Shown: piece after piece, positions 46,817 to 59,173 of the stretch | How the letters are laid out: each line of letters starts with the position of its first letter | How positions within the stretch are numbered: the first letter of the stretch is position 1 | Assembly (NCBI GenBank): GCA_965240325.2 | Contig: OZ251250.1 | Location: 868,001 to 932,000, forward strand | Length of the DNA stretch: 64,000 bases | Direction of reading: 5' to 3' | Source: Rebecca billardiae RCC1528 | Taxonomy: Eukaryota; Protista; Haptophyta | Program-made: the position numbers and the translations under genes | Notes under the pieces: model-generated | Database searches by the model: none | What the model saw: the letters and a program-made list of their open reading frames with translations, nothing else | What the model was told of the DNA's origin: nothing

Positions 46817-47875
46817 ATGCCCCGCGAAGGATGCCCGCCAGACGCGGTGACCGGGCCGGCGCAGAGCGCACAGCGCCGACGTGAGCGCCGGGGCGACGGG
46901 GCAAGCGTGCCTCCGCGTCAGGTCGCCGTCCTGTTCGTCGGGCAATTCATGCGCTCTTGCGACCACACCATCTCGCGCGGCGTGCAGTCAGTCCTCCCGT
47001 CGACGTGGTCGGCAGCAGGTGTGCGCGTCACGTACGACGCGTTCGTCGCCATGTCCACACAACACTTCGAGAACCAGCCATGCGCGTGGGTCAACGCGAC
47101 GTCCCTGGCGTCCATTCTCGTCGACGAGGGTGGCTTCGATTTCGCGAACGTCGATCTGCAGCCGTACTCGCTCGCGGCGTACGCAAACAGGACCTTGGCT
47201 GCTGGCCTCGTGTGGAAGGTGGATACCGGTAAAAATCATCCGGTCTACCCGCACCGGACGTACAGCTTCTACTCGACTATAGCCCGCGCCCTCGCAACCG
47301 CCAGGAAGCACGCCACCGCCAGTGGGCACGCGTACGGCATGGTGATCGTGAGCCGCATCGACTTCTTCTTCAGCGGCGCTGTGCGCTGGCGCGCACCCGA
47401 TATGCCATCAGGCGGGTTCAACGTCTCGTGGTACGAGGCGCTGCAAGAGGCGGCGGTCGTCGGCGTGCGCAGGCACGCGGCGATGCAGCAAATGGTGGAG
47501 GACCGCCTCTTTCTCGGTACGCCCGAGATTCTCCGCAGACTCGAGCAGCTACCGCCAGACTACCTGCACGTCTGGGACTGGGACTACAAGGTCAAGAAGT
47601 ACAAGAGACCGCAGTGGCTGATCCCCGAGTACTTGCTTAGCAAGGTGCTAGGATGGGAGGCGTCGAAGCACGAGCGCACGAGCGTCGAGAAGCTGGACCG
47701 TTTCTTTGACGTAGCCGTAGACAAGCCCAAGGCCGATGGCCCCAGGCAAGCCAGGCTGCTTTGCACTGGGCGCGCATTCAAGTGGAAGTACAGAAGTGGG
47801 TTCCTACCTGACGAGCCACCTTTACCTGCAGCTACTGGGTGCTGCCCCGGGTCGGCGAATCACAGTGAACCGTGA
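46817..47875 (+). CDS. Uncharacterised glycosyltransferase-like protein (VAxxxxGQxR ... YxxVxxxRxD family)
   Basis: RQVAVLFVGQFMRS, YDAFV, YGMVIVSRIDFFF, VEDRLFLG, IPEYLL; intronless, lower GC than neighbouring genes. Confidence 0.68.
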   Translation: MPREGCPPDAVTGPAQSAQRRRERRGDGASVPPRQVAVLFVGQFMRSCDHTISRGVQSVLPSTWSAAGVRVTYDAFVAMSTQHFENQPCAWVNATSLASILVDEGGFDFANVDLQPYSLAAYANRTLAAGLVWKVDTGKNHPVYPHRTYSFYSTIARALATARKHATASGHAYGMVIVSRIDFFFSGAVRWRAPDMPSGGFNVSWYEALQEAAVVGVRRHAAMQQMVEDRLFLGTPEILRRLEQLPPDYLHVWDWDYKVKKYKRPQWLIPEYLLSKVLGWEASKHERTSVEKLDRFFDVAVDKPKADGPRQARLLCTGRAFKWKYRSGFLPDEPPLPAATGCCPGSANHSEP

Positions 47876-48685
47876 CGACGTCGACTCAGACGACCAACGG
47901 TCACCTACAGGTCGATGAGGCGGCACGACCGCGGAATGAGACGCAGAGGGCACTCACATCGAATGAGACTACTAAAGGCAGCAGGCCCAGCCAGCTAATG
48001 GGGCGGCGGCCAGTGGCGGCCACCGTGGGCGTGGAGTGCATGGCGCCCGCCTCGCACACGCTATAGCGCCCGGCGGTGAGGTGGACGCAAGTCGTCTGTC
48101 GAGGCGCGCCGCATGGGTCGATGGGTGCCCAAGGTGCATGCCTGGCACTCCTCCGCTCGTTCACTCAACCGTTCAGTGCCGGCCGCTCCGCTCACGTTGC
48201 CCGCTTGCCTGGCCTGCACGCACCCGAAACGTAGCCGCCGCCAACTGGCGTGCCCCGCCACTGTGAGACTGAGACGTCAGACGCCCGCGAACCGCGGTGC
48301 ACGGTGCCCTTCAGTGATGTGAGCAAGGTAGTAGTCTACACATCAGTACTAGCTATAACTACTGCAAGGCCCGCAAGGGGACGCCAATAACCTGACGGCT
48401 ACTGGCCATGCCATGGGAGGTTATTAATACCGACTAGTAGGGACGCCAGATACGCGTCAAGAGCCCATGGGGAGCTTGCTCTTCCCAGTTGGTGAGCTCT
48501 TCGGGCACGCGCTCGCGGTTTGTCGTCTCAAAGCCCCCCCCCCCCGGCCCCCAAGTGAGACCGAAACTTGATGGTGCTCGTGCTCCTCAACGGCATGGAG
48601 TTAGCCCACCCCGGGCCACCGGAGTTAGCCGGCACCGGATGTTTTTGATGACGATGATATATATATGTATATATATATACATATA

Positions 48686-50536
48686 CAGTGGGCGGGTCTC
48701 ACTGGGGGACCTGCAAAACAACGGACCGGAGTTTTGGCGAAGCTTCGGCGGTTGCGCGGCGGACGGCGGCGGCGGCTTCGAAGCCGCCCCCACGAGGAGG
48801 CGCGGGCGCTGTGGCGCGAGGCGAATGCAAGTCCGCCGCGTGAGCCGGCGGGGAAGTGAGCACCACGAGTTGTGAGGCGAACCTGGGCGATTGCGGACGC
48901 GCGCAAGCTCAAGGCGCCGCCGAATCGTGGCGACTGGCTCCACGACCAGAGGCACAAGCCGGGTGCCCGCGCTGGTGCGCGCTCGCGCGGCGCGCCGACC
49001 GTGCGTCCGCGGGGTGCAAAATCGGGCACGGTGGTTCCGCACGAGTTTCAATGAGCAACGCGTTCCAGAAGTTCCGCTTGAAAACGCCCGCCGGAAGCGC
49101 GGTCACCATTCCTGACATCTGCTGCGGCGCCCCTCGCGTCGACATCGTGCGGCGCGGCCACCGACTCCGCGCCCGCGCGCAGAATGGGAGGGGCTGGTGC
49201 AGGAGCAGATGCAGGACTCGGACGCCGAGGAGAAGTCGAGCGCCACGTTCCGCACCCACCGCTACGCATACGGCGCTCCTGGGCGAAGACTGCCACTGTG
49301 CGGGTGGGCTGTCTCTTCGCGAGCTCTCAGCGTGGAGTCAGCGATCAAGCTGAGGTTGCAGCGCGGCAACATCGTGCAGGGTGGGCGGGTACCGACGCCG
49401 CGCTTCGCACGCCGTCTGCGACGGCATCAAACGCCGCGACCACCGCGGCGCCCGGCCAGCGTGGCAGCATCGGGCCTGCTGACGGCGGGCGTGACGGTCG
49501 GGCGCGGGCGCGGTGGCATCCCGGGGCGCGGGGGCGGGTGCAGCAGCGGTGGCGGGCGCGGCTGCTGGCAGAGCGCATCTCGCGACGAGGAGTCACTCGG
49601 CGCGCACGTCACGCCGCGCGCGATATCGATTCGTCGCCCGGCGAGCGCGGCAGCACCGGGCCTGCTGAATGCGGGCGTGACAGCCGGGCGGGCGCCGCAG
49701 CGGTCGGGCGCTGCGCCTGCCGCGCTGGCGCGGCACTGTAGCCGGGGCGGCGCGGTGGCAGACGCCGCGGCGGCGGACGCCGCGGCGGCCGGCGCGACGG
49801 CGGGTGGAGCGCATCTCGCGACGAGGAGTTACTCGCCGCGCACGTCACGCTGCGCGCATCTTCGAGGGGTCGCCCGGCGAGTGCGGCAGCACCGGGCCGG
49901 CTGATGGCGCAGCGACGGCGGTCGCGGCGGCGGCAGCCGGCGCGGCGGCCGCAGCGGCGGCCGGCTCGGCAGCGGCGGGCGCTGCGGCGGGCGGTGCGCA
50001 TCTCGCCACAAGAAGACGTTCGGTGCGAACTTCACGCCGCGCACACCATCGAGCGGGGTCTGCGGTGCTGCTTCGGCGAGCGCGTCAGCTGCACCTCCGG
50101 CCGAGCGACGAGTCGACGCAAACGACAACGCGCGACGCCATCGAGCTGTTCCGAGCAGTGCCATTCACATTGGCGCTAGTGGCAGCGGTGGGCTGTACAC
50201 GCTGACGACGCAGCGAGGCGTGAGGTGGTGGTCCACGCCACCGTCGTACCGCGTCGCCTCGCGCACCCCGAGCGCGCGCGACGAGCTGTACGGGCTCGGA
50301 AGCTGACAGCATCCCCGCGCCCGGCGCCGCGACCGCGACCCCGCGCAGGCCAGGGGCCCTCCCGGAGAGCTGATTTTCGTCCGCGCGCTTTGCTGAAGTC
50401 GCGCTGGTGAGCTCAGACGCCGGCGCATACCCCGCCGGCGCTAGTCTGTCGCACCCCGTTTGTTCCGAGTCGCTGAGACCGCGCCGATCGTCAGATAGTT
50501 TTGAATTTCTGCTCCGCCAGTGGGACCAGCCCACTG
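48686..50536. mobile_element. Non-autonomous Tc1/mariner-like TIR element in a (TA)n tract
   Basis: ta|cagtgggcgggtctcactggggg ... cgccagtgggaccagcccactg|ta; internal ~200 bp degenerate repeats at 49440-49905. Confidence 0.82.
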
Positions 50537-50857
50537 TATATATATATATATGTATGACGATGTGCGATTCTCACTCGTCGTCGGTTACGACTAGCGCGCA
50601 CGTTGACGTTGCGTGCCAGGCAAGTCGGAGTCGGGAGCCGCGGCGTCGGACAGCGTCGCCGGACCGCGGACGGACGGTGACCGGACGCGGACGGGCGGCC
50701 TGATGACCCTCGCGGTCGCTTGGGAGGCAATAAGAAGGCGGCGAAAGGCAACGCGAGATCGCGTGACTCGCCTGCCAGACCGCAGCCATGCAGGCGGATG
50801 ATGACAATCGCGTCGTCATGATCATATCCGAACCGTGCAGCGTGCTGCGGCCGGTCG

Positions 50858-53800
50858 TCAGACGTCGCGGATGTTGACAAAGGCGTACGCGGCGACGAGC
50901 AGGTTGGCCATCAGCTGCAGCAGGAAGAGGGCGAGGAGGCAGAGCACGGCCGAGGCCGCGCCGCACTGGAAGTAGCGCTGCGCGCCGTGCAGCTGCTCGG
51001 GCGTGAGCTGGCGCTTGCGCCGCTCGATCTCCTGCAGCATCGCCTCGCGCGCGCCGTCGCGCATCGCCTCGGCCACCTCCTCGCGCACGATGGCGGAGAG
51101 CCGCTCGGTGACGGCGCGGCTCTTGCTGCGCGCGGGCTCGGGCAGGACGGGGTTGCGGTTGGGCTGGTCGCGGCCGAAGCCGGCGGGCCGCTTCGCCGCC
51201 ACCTCCGCGGGCATGAGCTGGATGCTGATCGCCACGTCGCCCGCGGGCGTCGCGCTCACGTTGGCCGCGCCGCCTCCGCTCACGAGCCCGAGCCACAGCC
51301 GCTGCCCGACCTTCTCGTACTTGACGCTCGACTCGCGCTCCTTGAGCCAGTCGCGGCCGAGCCACGCGTCGCGCGCGAGCTTGGAGAGGTTGACGCGCGA
51401 GCCGGCGATCATCTCGCCCTCGCCCGTCAGCGCGTGGTCCCACACCTGCAGGTCGAGGTAGATGCCGTCGAGCGAGCGGCGCGAGCCGAGCGGCAGCCGC
51501 AGCGAGTACTTGAAGCGCCAGTTGAAGCGCGCGTTGCCGTCGAGGACGCCGTAGTGCACGTCGCTCTCCTGCAGCTGCTCCGCGCCGTCGTGCCCGCGCA
51601 GCGCGACGCGGAAGTACGCGTCGGTCGCGCGCACCACGTTGCCGCGGCGCAGCGTGCGCGTCTCGAACACGACGAGCCGCAGCTCGAAGTCCTCCGGCGC
51701 GGGCAGCGGGATCTTTGCAAAGCTCAGCCGCGTCTCCTCGGCCGCGCGCAGCACGTCCACGAACAGCTCGAGCGCGCCCTGCGGGAATGGCGAGCCCTGC
51801 CGGTACAGCATCTGCGTGCGGCACCGCGCGGGAGCGGGCGCGGGCGGCGGGCGGCGCGCGCGGGCGGGGGTCGCTCAGGGCCGGCACTGCCGCGCGCGCG
51901 CGCGCGCGCGCAGACAGGGTGCGCGCGCGCGCGTGCGCGCGCACCCTTCGCTCGATGGGCTTGAGCTTGAGCGCGCGCCACTCGGGCGAGAACCAGCGGT
52001 CCTCCACGTCGATCTCGGTGTAGCCGATCTCGTCGTCCAGCATCGGCACCGCGCCCGCCTCGACCACCGCCAGCCGCACCAGCCCGCTCCCCGGGAAGCT
52101 CGCCTCGAACTCGACCGCCTCGTGGTAGAGCGGTTCAAACGTGGAGCGGAGCAAGCGCTCGCGCGTGCGCACCTCCGTGCCGCCGTGGCGCATCGAGAGG
52201 AAGGTGTGCAGCCCGGTGGGCGCGACGCCGCCGTGCAGCGCGCCCGCGCGCTGCCTGGGCAGCAGCAGCTGCCCGCTCAGCACGTACACGCGGATCAGCA
52301 CCGCCTCCGCGCGCACGCTCACCGGGCGCGTGCGCTCTCCGGCCGAGCGCGAGGTCAGCGATCGCAGCGTGAGGCCGCGCTGGATGGGATTGGTGGTGGG
52401 CGTGCTGGCGGACGGGGGGGCGCGCTTGGCGTCCGGGCCGACGGCGTCGAGCACGCGCACCTGGAGGGTGTACTTGAGCGTGGCGACGAGCACGGTCGCC
52501 ACCGCCTCGCCCTTGCCGCGCGGCAGCCCCACCGCCGCGCGCAGCATGGTGGCCGAGAGGTACGGCGGGCGCACCACCGGTCGGCGCGGCGTGGGCGCGG
52601 CGCCCGCGCCGTCTTCGAGCGAGCCGTTGACCGCCTGCCGCTCGTGCCGGCGCACGACGGCCTGGTGGGTCTCGAGCTTGGCCGCGCCGCTGTCCTGCTC
52701 CTCCTTCGCCGCCGCCTCGGGCGCCACGGCGCGCTCTGCCTCGTCGCTGTCCGTGCTCGCGCCATCGTCGCCCCCAGCATCCTCATCGTGCTCGCCGGCC
52801 GGGCGGCGCGCGCCGCGTGCAGCTCTGCGCGCGCCGCTGCCGGTGGCTGCGCCCGAGAGGTGCGGCGAGTGCAGCACCGCTCTGTGCGGCGTGGCGGTCT
52901 CGCCGATCGAGGCAAAGTCGAAGCTCGTCGCGCGATCCCGCCGCGCCCGCTTCTCCCCGCCGAAGAAAGGCAGCCTCGGCCCGGGCAGCCTCGGCCCGCC
53001 GCCGCCCTTGGCGCGGCGGCGCGCCGCTGGCGAGACAGAGCGCGCCCGGCGCGTCGGCGGCGGCTGGTGCTGTGGCTGGCTGACGGCGGCGGGCGCGGCC
53101 GAGCCGGAGGGCTGCTTGGCGGCGGCGGGCGGGCCGGACGAGGCGGTGGCGGCCGGGCCGGAGGCCGCGCCGCCGCCATGCGCGCCGCCTTGCAGCTCGT
53201 TCAGCGCCTTCTGCGTGTCAGCGAGTCTCACCGACACCTCCCCCGCCTCGCGGCCCGTTGCGGGCGCGCGGCCGCGCAGCGCGTCGGTGAGCGCGGCAGC
53301 GAGCGCGCCGCGCAGCGGCAGCGTCGCGCTCGCGAGCGTCGCAGAGGCCGCGCGCGCGCCGCCGAGGATGCCGCCGGCGAGCGGCTCTCGCAGCCGCACG
53401 GTGAGCGCGGGGCAGAGCGTCGGGTCCGCGGGCAGCTCGCACGGCAGCAGGAGCTCCTCCATCGCGGCGAGCGGGTCGACCTCAAAGCGCATGGTCTGGC
53501 GCACGGGCGGCCCCGGCCCCGCGCTGATCTCGGCCTCGAGATCGAGCGTGCTCGAGTGCACGAACTGCGGCAGGAGGAAGGCGGCGCTGCGCAGCCGCAG
53601 CCCCACCAGCCCGAGGTCGACCACGCAGCGCACGCGCGGCACCTCCAGCGCCTCAGGCCGCACAAGAGGGCTCTGGTACTTGCCAAACAGCGCGCCGCCC
53701 CTGGCGCGCGCGCGCGCCTCGCTGCCCACCGGGTCGCCCAGCTTGAGCCGCGCGCCGGGCGGCGGCGCCGCGGCCGCGCTCTCGGCGGCGGAGGCTGGCT

Positions 53801-55931
53801 CGACGGCGAAGTGGGCGAGCACGCTGCCGAGCGGGCCGGGGCGCGCGTCCAGCGCGCGCGGCGTGGGCGGGGTCGGCGCGGGCGGCAGCGGCTCCGCCTC
53901 CAGGTGCAGCGCGTACCACGACGGCGTGTGCTGCTGCTGCTGCGCCGCCGCCGCCGCCGCGCCGTCGGCCGGCGCGGCGGCGCGCGCCTCGGCGGCGAGG
54001 TCGACCGTGACGCTGCCGATCAGCCGCGAGCCCACGACCGCCTCGACCGTGTACACGTCGAGCGTGGCGTACGGCCAGATCTCGGGCCGCTCGGGCAGCG
54101 GCAGCTCGAGCGTGAGTGTCTCGAACCAGCCGGGCGAGGCCGACTGCGCGCGCGTGCTGCTGCGCGCCGACTGCGCGCTCTGGCCGAGGCAGCGCAACAC
54201 CGCAAACGCGTCCACCATGCCGGCGTGGTGGCCGGGCGGCGTGAGCAGCCCGTCGGCGGCGTGCAGGCGCACGCGCACCCTCGAGGGGACGAGTGCCGGG
54301 CCCTCCTCTGGCAGCGGCCCGCTCCGCGACGGCCCGTCGTGCCGGTGGTGCGGCCCAAAGTGCGTCTGGACGAGCAGCTCGGTGAGGCCGCGCGCAGAGG
54401 CGGACGCGGGGGACGCGCCGTCCGCGCCCGCGCCCGCGAGCACGGGCGCGCCCTTGGCGTCCACAGGCTGCAGGCGGAGCCAGCGCGCGTGCGCGTGGTC
54501 GGCGCGGCGGCCCGTGCGCGCCGCGCCGCCCGCGCCGTGGTGCGCCGACTCCTCGCCGCGCGACGACGACGAGACCATCGGCGGGCCGAGCTCGGCCACT
54601 GGCAGCCGCGCGACCGCGAGCAGCGCGCCTGCGCCGCTCTGCAAGTACACAAACAAGTCGGGCTGCAGCCCCGGCTGCTCGGGCATCTCGGCGTTGAGCA
54701 CGATGCGCTCGTTCCACTCGACGGCGCGCGCGCCGGCGGGGCGCGCCGCGCTCGTCGACCCCGAGTCGTACGCCAGCTGCACGCGCACCACCAGCTCGCG
54801 CTCCGAGCCGGGCACGCCCGCGCCGCCGTACACGTGGAAGACCAGCTTGTGCCGCTCGACGGAAGCCATCAGCGGCGGCACGCTCATCCGCAGCGCCGCG
54901 ACGGAGCCCGCGGCGGACTGCACGTCGTTGAGCTCGCGCTTGGCGTCCTCCTTCGGGAGCTTGCTCTTGCGGTAGATGCGGCACATCACGTGGCCCCGCC
55001 ACGCCGTCGCGGGCACGCCGCCCGCCGCCATCGCCTCGGCGACCGCCGCGCGCGAGCCGCGCGCCGCACCATACAGCTGCAGCTGCCGGAAGGTCGGCCG
55101 GCTGCCCAGGCCCGTGCTCGTGCTGCTCGTCTCGGAGAGCGAGATCGGGGCGAAGGCGAGGGTGCCGCCGGTCGCGTCGTCGAGGATGCACACGACCACG
55201 CGGTCGTTCCGCTCGTTCGTCGCCACGGGCATCCGCAGCTTCACCTCCCACGACGCGGCCGACGGGTTGTCGTCCGTCGAGACCGTCGAAGGCTGCGTGC
55301 GCAGCTCGAGGTCGTTGTACCGCAGCGCGAGGACGATGCGCAGCTTGGGCGCGCGCGTGAGCGCGAGCGGCATCAGCCCCGACGCGTCGATCACGTCGAG
55401 GCACAGCGTGCCCATCTGCACCTTGATCGGCGGCGCGATCAGCGAGGCCGCGCCGCTCTCGCGAGGGTCGCGCGCCGGCTCGACCGGAAGGACGGCGCCG
55501 CGCCCCGGCCCGATCAGCACGACGCTCACGCGCAGGTAGCCCTTGGCCGAGCCGTCGGTGCGGTGGCCGGCCGCGGCCTCCTTCGAGAAGAGCGCAAGCC
55601 ACGAGTGCCACATCGCGTGGTCCGCCTGCGCCCAGATCTGCGGCAGCTCGAGCGCGGTCGAGCCGATCAGGTCGGACGAGAAGTTGTCCGCGTCGCGCAG
55701 CTCGAAGTGGACGGCCTCGCTCGCCGCCACGCGCGCGCTGAGCTGGCGGAGATCGAACGCCATCGCCGAGCCCCACGTGCACGTGATGCACTTGCTCTTC
55801 ACGTGCGTGCGCTGCTGCGCGCCGCCGACCGTGCAGAGCACGTAAGGGTCTGACGTCGCGCGGCCGTCACGCGCCGCGAGGTTGGTGGCCTCGATGACGT
55901 GCACGAGCAGGGTGTAGTCGCCCGCGGGCAT
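50858..55931 (-). CDS. Ferlin-family multi-C2-domain tail-anchored membrane protein; exons 55931-51945, 51811-50858 (start could be 55985)
   Basis: C2 motifs (LLVHVIEATNL..DGRATSDPYV; KGYLRVSVVLIGPG; IGYTEIDVEDRWFSPEW; KPIERR|MLY..QG.LELFVD; QESDVHY..DGNARFNWRF; AGFGRDQPNRNPVLPEP.R) and a C-terminal TM helix. Confidence 0.92.
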
Positions 55932-56301
55932 CGAGCGCTGCTTCGGCGCCGGCCCCTGCAGGGGAAGGGAGCGCGCGCCCCACATCCTGGGGACCGGCCG
56001 GCCCGACCGAGCAAAGCAGAGGCGCGGCCACACCAATGGCGGGCGGCGGGCGAGCGAATTGCGAGCTGCGCGCGTGCCGCCAGATCTAGGCGGGTTTTGT
56101 CTTTTGACCTTTGAACCGTTTTGAACCGTCTATCTAGCCAGCCCGAGCGGCCGGAGCCTCGCTGCGGCGGCTGCGCCAGCTGGCGGCTGCGGCTCAGTTT
56201 CCTGGCGGCGGAAGCCGGAAGGGAGTCTCCGCAGAATTCTCAATCTCGCCCTGGCCCCTGGGCGGACGTTCGCCCATTTGCTCGCGGCGGCGCGGTGCGT
56301 G

Positions 56302-57345
56302 ATGCGGCTTGCCATCCTGCGCAGCGCGTGGGGCCTCTCGCACCTGCGCACGGCGGAGCCCGCACGCGCGCTCGACGCCATCGCCGCCGCACGCTTCGAC
56401 GGCCTCGAGGCGTCGCTCGACGACCTCGGCGCGGCGGGCGACGCGGCGCGCGCGCGCGCGTGGGCGCGCGCCGCGTCCGAGCGCGAGCTCGCTCTCGTCC
56501 TCTCGGCGTACAGCTCGTGGCCGAACTACGAGGGCGAGTGCGACTCGCACAAGCCCATCGGCGCGCACCTCGACACGCTCGAGCGCGCCCTCGCCGAGAT
56601 CGCCGAGATGCACGCGGGCGGCGCGCGCGGCTCGTCGTCGGCCGTGCTCGGAGTGAACGCACACAGCGGCGCGGACAGCTGGACGGAGGCGGAGGGCGCG
56701 GAGTTCTTCGCGCAGCTGGGCGCGCGCGTGGGCGGGCTCGACGTGCCGCGCCTCTCGCACGAGACCCACCGCGCGCGCTTCCTCCGCTGCCCCTTCGTCA
56801 CGCGCCGGCTGCTGCGCGCGCACCCCTGGGTGCGGCTGACTGTCGACCTGAGCCACTGGGTGGTTGTGGCGGAGAGGCTTCTCAGCTCGGCCCCGGAGGA
56901 GGCGATGCTGCGCGAGGAGATCGCGCCGGCGTGCGACCACGTCCACGCGCGCGTGGGCACGCCGCAGGCGCCGCAGGTCGCCGAGCCCACCGCCCGCGCG
57001 TGCGCCCGCGCCTCTGAGCGCTTCCACAGCTTTTGGGCTCAGGTGTGGAGCGCGCGCGAGCGGGCCGCGCTCTCCGGGCGGGACGGGGTGCTGAGCGCGA
57101 CCGTTGAGTACGGCCCGCTCGAGTGGGGCGGGGCGGACGGGGCGGAGTACGTGGGGTACACGCCGGCCACCGTGGACGGGCGCGCGCCGCTCGCAGGCCA
57201 CGGCCTCGACGAGACGGTGGCGCGCGCCGCCGCCGAGCTGCGCTGCCGCTTTGAGGCCTGGCACGCGCGCGCGGCCGAGCGCACCGTGCGCGGCTGCGGC
57301 GCGCCCAAGCCCGGCGTGGCGCGCGGGCTGGGCGCGGCCGCGTGA
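56302..57345 (+). CDS. Sugar phosphate isomerase/epimerase (xylose isomerase-like TIM barrel)
   Basis: RSAWG, FDGLE, NAHSGADSW, HETHR.R, LTVDLSHWVVVAERLL, HVHARVG..QAPQV.EP, TVEYGP. Confidence 0.88.
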   Translation: MRLAILRSAWGLSHLRTAEPARALDAIAAARFDGLEASLDDLGAAGDAARARAWARAASERELALVLSAYSSWPNYEGECDSHKPIGAHLDTLERALAEIAEMHAGGARGSSSAVLGVNAHSGADSWTEAEGAEFFAQLGARVGGLDVPRLSHETHRARFLRCPFVTRRLLRAHPWVRLTVDLSHWVVVAERLLSSAPEEAMLREEIAPACDHVHARVGTPQAPQVAEPTARACARASERFHSFWAQVWSARERAALSGRDGVLSATVEYGPLEWGGADGAEYVGYTPATVDGRAPLAGHGLDETVARAAAELRCRFEAWHARAAERTVRGCGAPKPGVARGLGAAA

Positions 57346-57817
57346 GCAGGATGCGGCGAGGGCCGAGGGGCGGCGCGCGTATATATGCCTCGTCATCATC
57401 ACTGTCGCTGCACAGGAGAGTCATCCGCGCCGTCGTCGTCCCGGCGGCCGCGAGGCACGACGACGCGCCACATCGGCACACGAGTCGCGTGTCACGCACG
57501 ACTGTCACGTGCCAAGCGTCACGCGGCGCAAGCGGCGCACGGGGCACTACGGTGCACACAGGCTTCGTCATCAGCAGTCGTCATCGTCGATCATCACAAT
57601 CCTACTCTCCCATCTCTCTCTCTATTTGAATTAGAGTATAAAGCTGATCATCATGGCACCGCGTCATCATCATGCCCACGATGATATACGACGGTGACGC
57701 GAGCCCGGAGCCGACGACGACTCACGAGTCACGAGACACGTGTCACGTCACACGAACACGACTCCGACCGACGCGTCGACGTCGTCCGCCGAGTCATCAA
57801 CTGTCAAGTAGCAGTCG

Positions 57818-59017
57818 TCAGGCGAACACGCGCGCGAGCCCGGCCATCGTCTCGAGGCAGCGCGTCTTGCCCGGGTGAGTGCTGACGCAGCCGAGCTCGG
57901 GGAACTTGCCCGCCTTCACGTCCGCGGCGCACCTCCCCCCCTTGTGCCAGCGCACGATCCGCGGCTCGAGCCCGCACGGCAGCCGGAACGGCCGCAATTC
58001 CGACCCCCTCCGGTCAAAGTGGCGCACGCACGTGTCGTGCGCCGTGCCGTTGCGCGCGAGCACGACGTCCTGGAAGCACTGCGTGCGCATGTTGCACTTC
58101 AGCCGGCAGTGCCGCTCGTGCTTGCGCTCGCGCGCCGGCTTGCGCCGCGAGAGCACCGTGCTGAACCCCTCCGCCGTGAGCAGCGCAAGCCCGGTGTCGC
58201 GCGGCGCCAGCCACCAGTAGTCGTTGGCTGCGAGCACATGCCGGCCCGTGGCGGCCGGCTTGGCGAAGGAGGGCAGGAGGCAGGGCCAATTGAGGTCGGG
58301 GCGCGCGGTGAGGACGTAGTGGTACGCCGCGCCGCGCGCGCGCTCCGCCGCCTCGATCGCGTCCCGGCACCGCGCCCAGCGCAGCCGCGTGCTGTCCCGC
58401 ACATAGTTGCCGTGTGCGTTCGGGCACAGAGTGGTGAGGTTGTCAGCCCACAGCGCGGGCAGCCGCGCGCGCGGCTCGTCCTCGGCGGCGGCGCGGCGGC
58501 CGCGGCCGCCGGCGAGGCGCTCGCGCTCGGCGGCCGTCACCTCCTTGTCCGACAGCACGTCGGCGCTCACCAGCCCGCGCGGCTCGAACCAGCGGAGCAT
58601 TGCGCCCAGCTGCGCGCCGCTTAGGCTGCGGTTCACAATCGCGTCGCCCTCCACCATGCCGGGCGTGATTCTGTAACGGTCGGCGTCGAGGGTCGAGGCG
58701 AGGCTCTTGCGCGTGACGTCCGGGCCGAGCTGCAGGAAGAAGTCGGGCATGCCCCGCGCGCCGAACGCGCGCACCCACGACTGGCGCACGCCCTCGTGCA
58801 CGAGCGCGCGCGTCTGGCCCGCGAGGCAGATGGCGAGCGGCGCGCTGCTGTTGCGCAGCCGCGCCGGGTCGAGGCGGAAGGTGAGGGAGCGCGCGCCGAG
58901 CTTGGACGGCAGCGATGGCGGGGTGGTGGCGCCGCGCGCGAAGCCCCGCCGCCGCGGCGCCGCCGCCGAGAGGAGGAGCGCCACCATCACCGCCCGGCGT
59001 GCGGGCGCCGGCGCCAT
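57818..59017 (-). CDS. Secreted/Golgi glycosyltransferase-like protein, same broad family as 46817-47875
   Basis: Hydrophobic N-terminus (VMVALLLSAAA); LAICLAGQTRAL, RWARCRDAIEAAERARG..YHYVLTARPDL, NDYWWLAPR. Confidence 0.75.
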   Translation of the reverse strand: MAPAPARRAVMVALLLSAAAPRRRGFARGATTPPSLPSKLGARSLTFRLDPARLRNSSAPLAICLAGQTRALVHEGVRQSWVRAFGARGMPDFFLQLGPDVTRKSLASTLDADRYRITPGMVEGDAIVNRSLSGAQLGAMLRWFEPRGLVSADVLSDKEVTAAERERLAGGRGRRAAAEDEPRARLPALWADNLTTLCPNAHGNYVRDSTRLRWARCRDAIEAAERARGAAYHYVLTARPDLNWPCLLPSFAKPAATGRHVLAANDYWWLAPRDTGLALLTAEGFSTVLSRRKPARERKHERHCRLKCNMRTQCFQDVVLARNGTAHDTCVRHFDRRGSELRPFRLPCGLEPRIVRWHKGGRCAADVKAGKFPELGCVSTHPGKTRCLETMAGLARVFA

Positions 59018-59173
59018 CGATCCTGTCAGCCGTGTGGGCGGGGGGTCGCGAGTGTCCGGTGCGGTGGGGCAGGTGACCAGGACTGCTGCTCCGGGGCGCC
59101 TTTTCAGACTGCTTGCTGCCGGGCCGCACGGAGGGCTGCCCCCGCTGCCGACCGCGCCGACGGCGGGGGCGCG

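Noticed and set aside
51639-55853. 1404-aa and 944-aa plus-strand ORFs (and many similar R/A/G/P-rich ORFs across the window)
   Set aside because: Antisense or shifted shadows of real genes; stop codons are rare at this GC content
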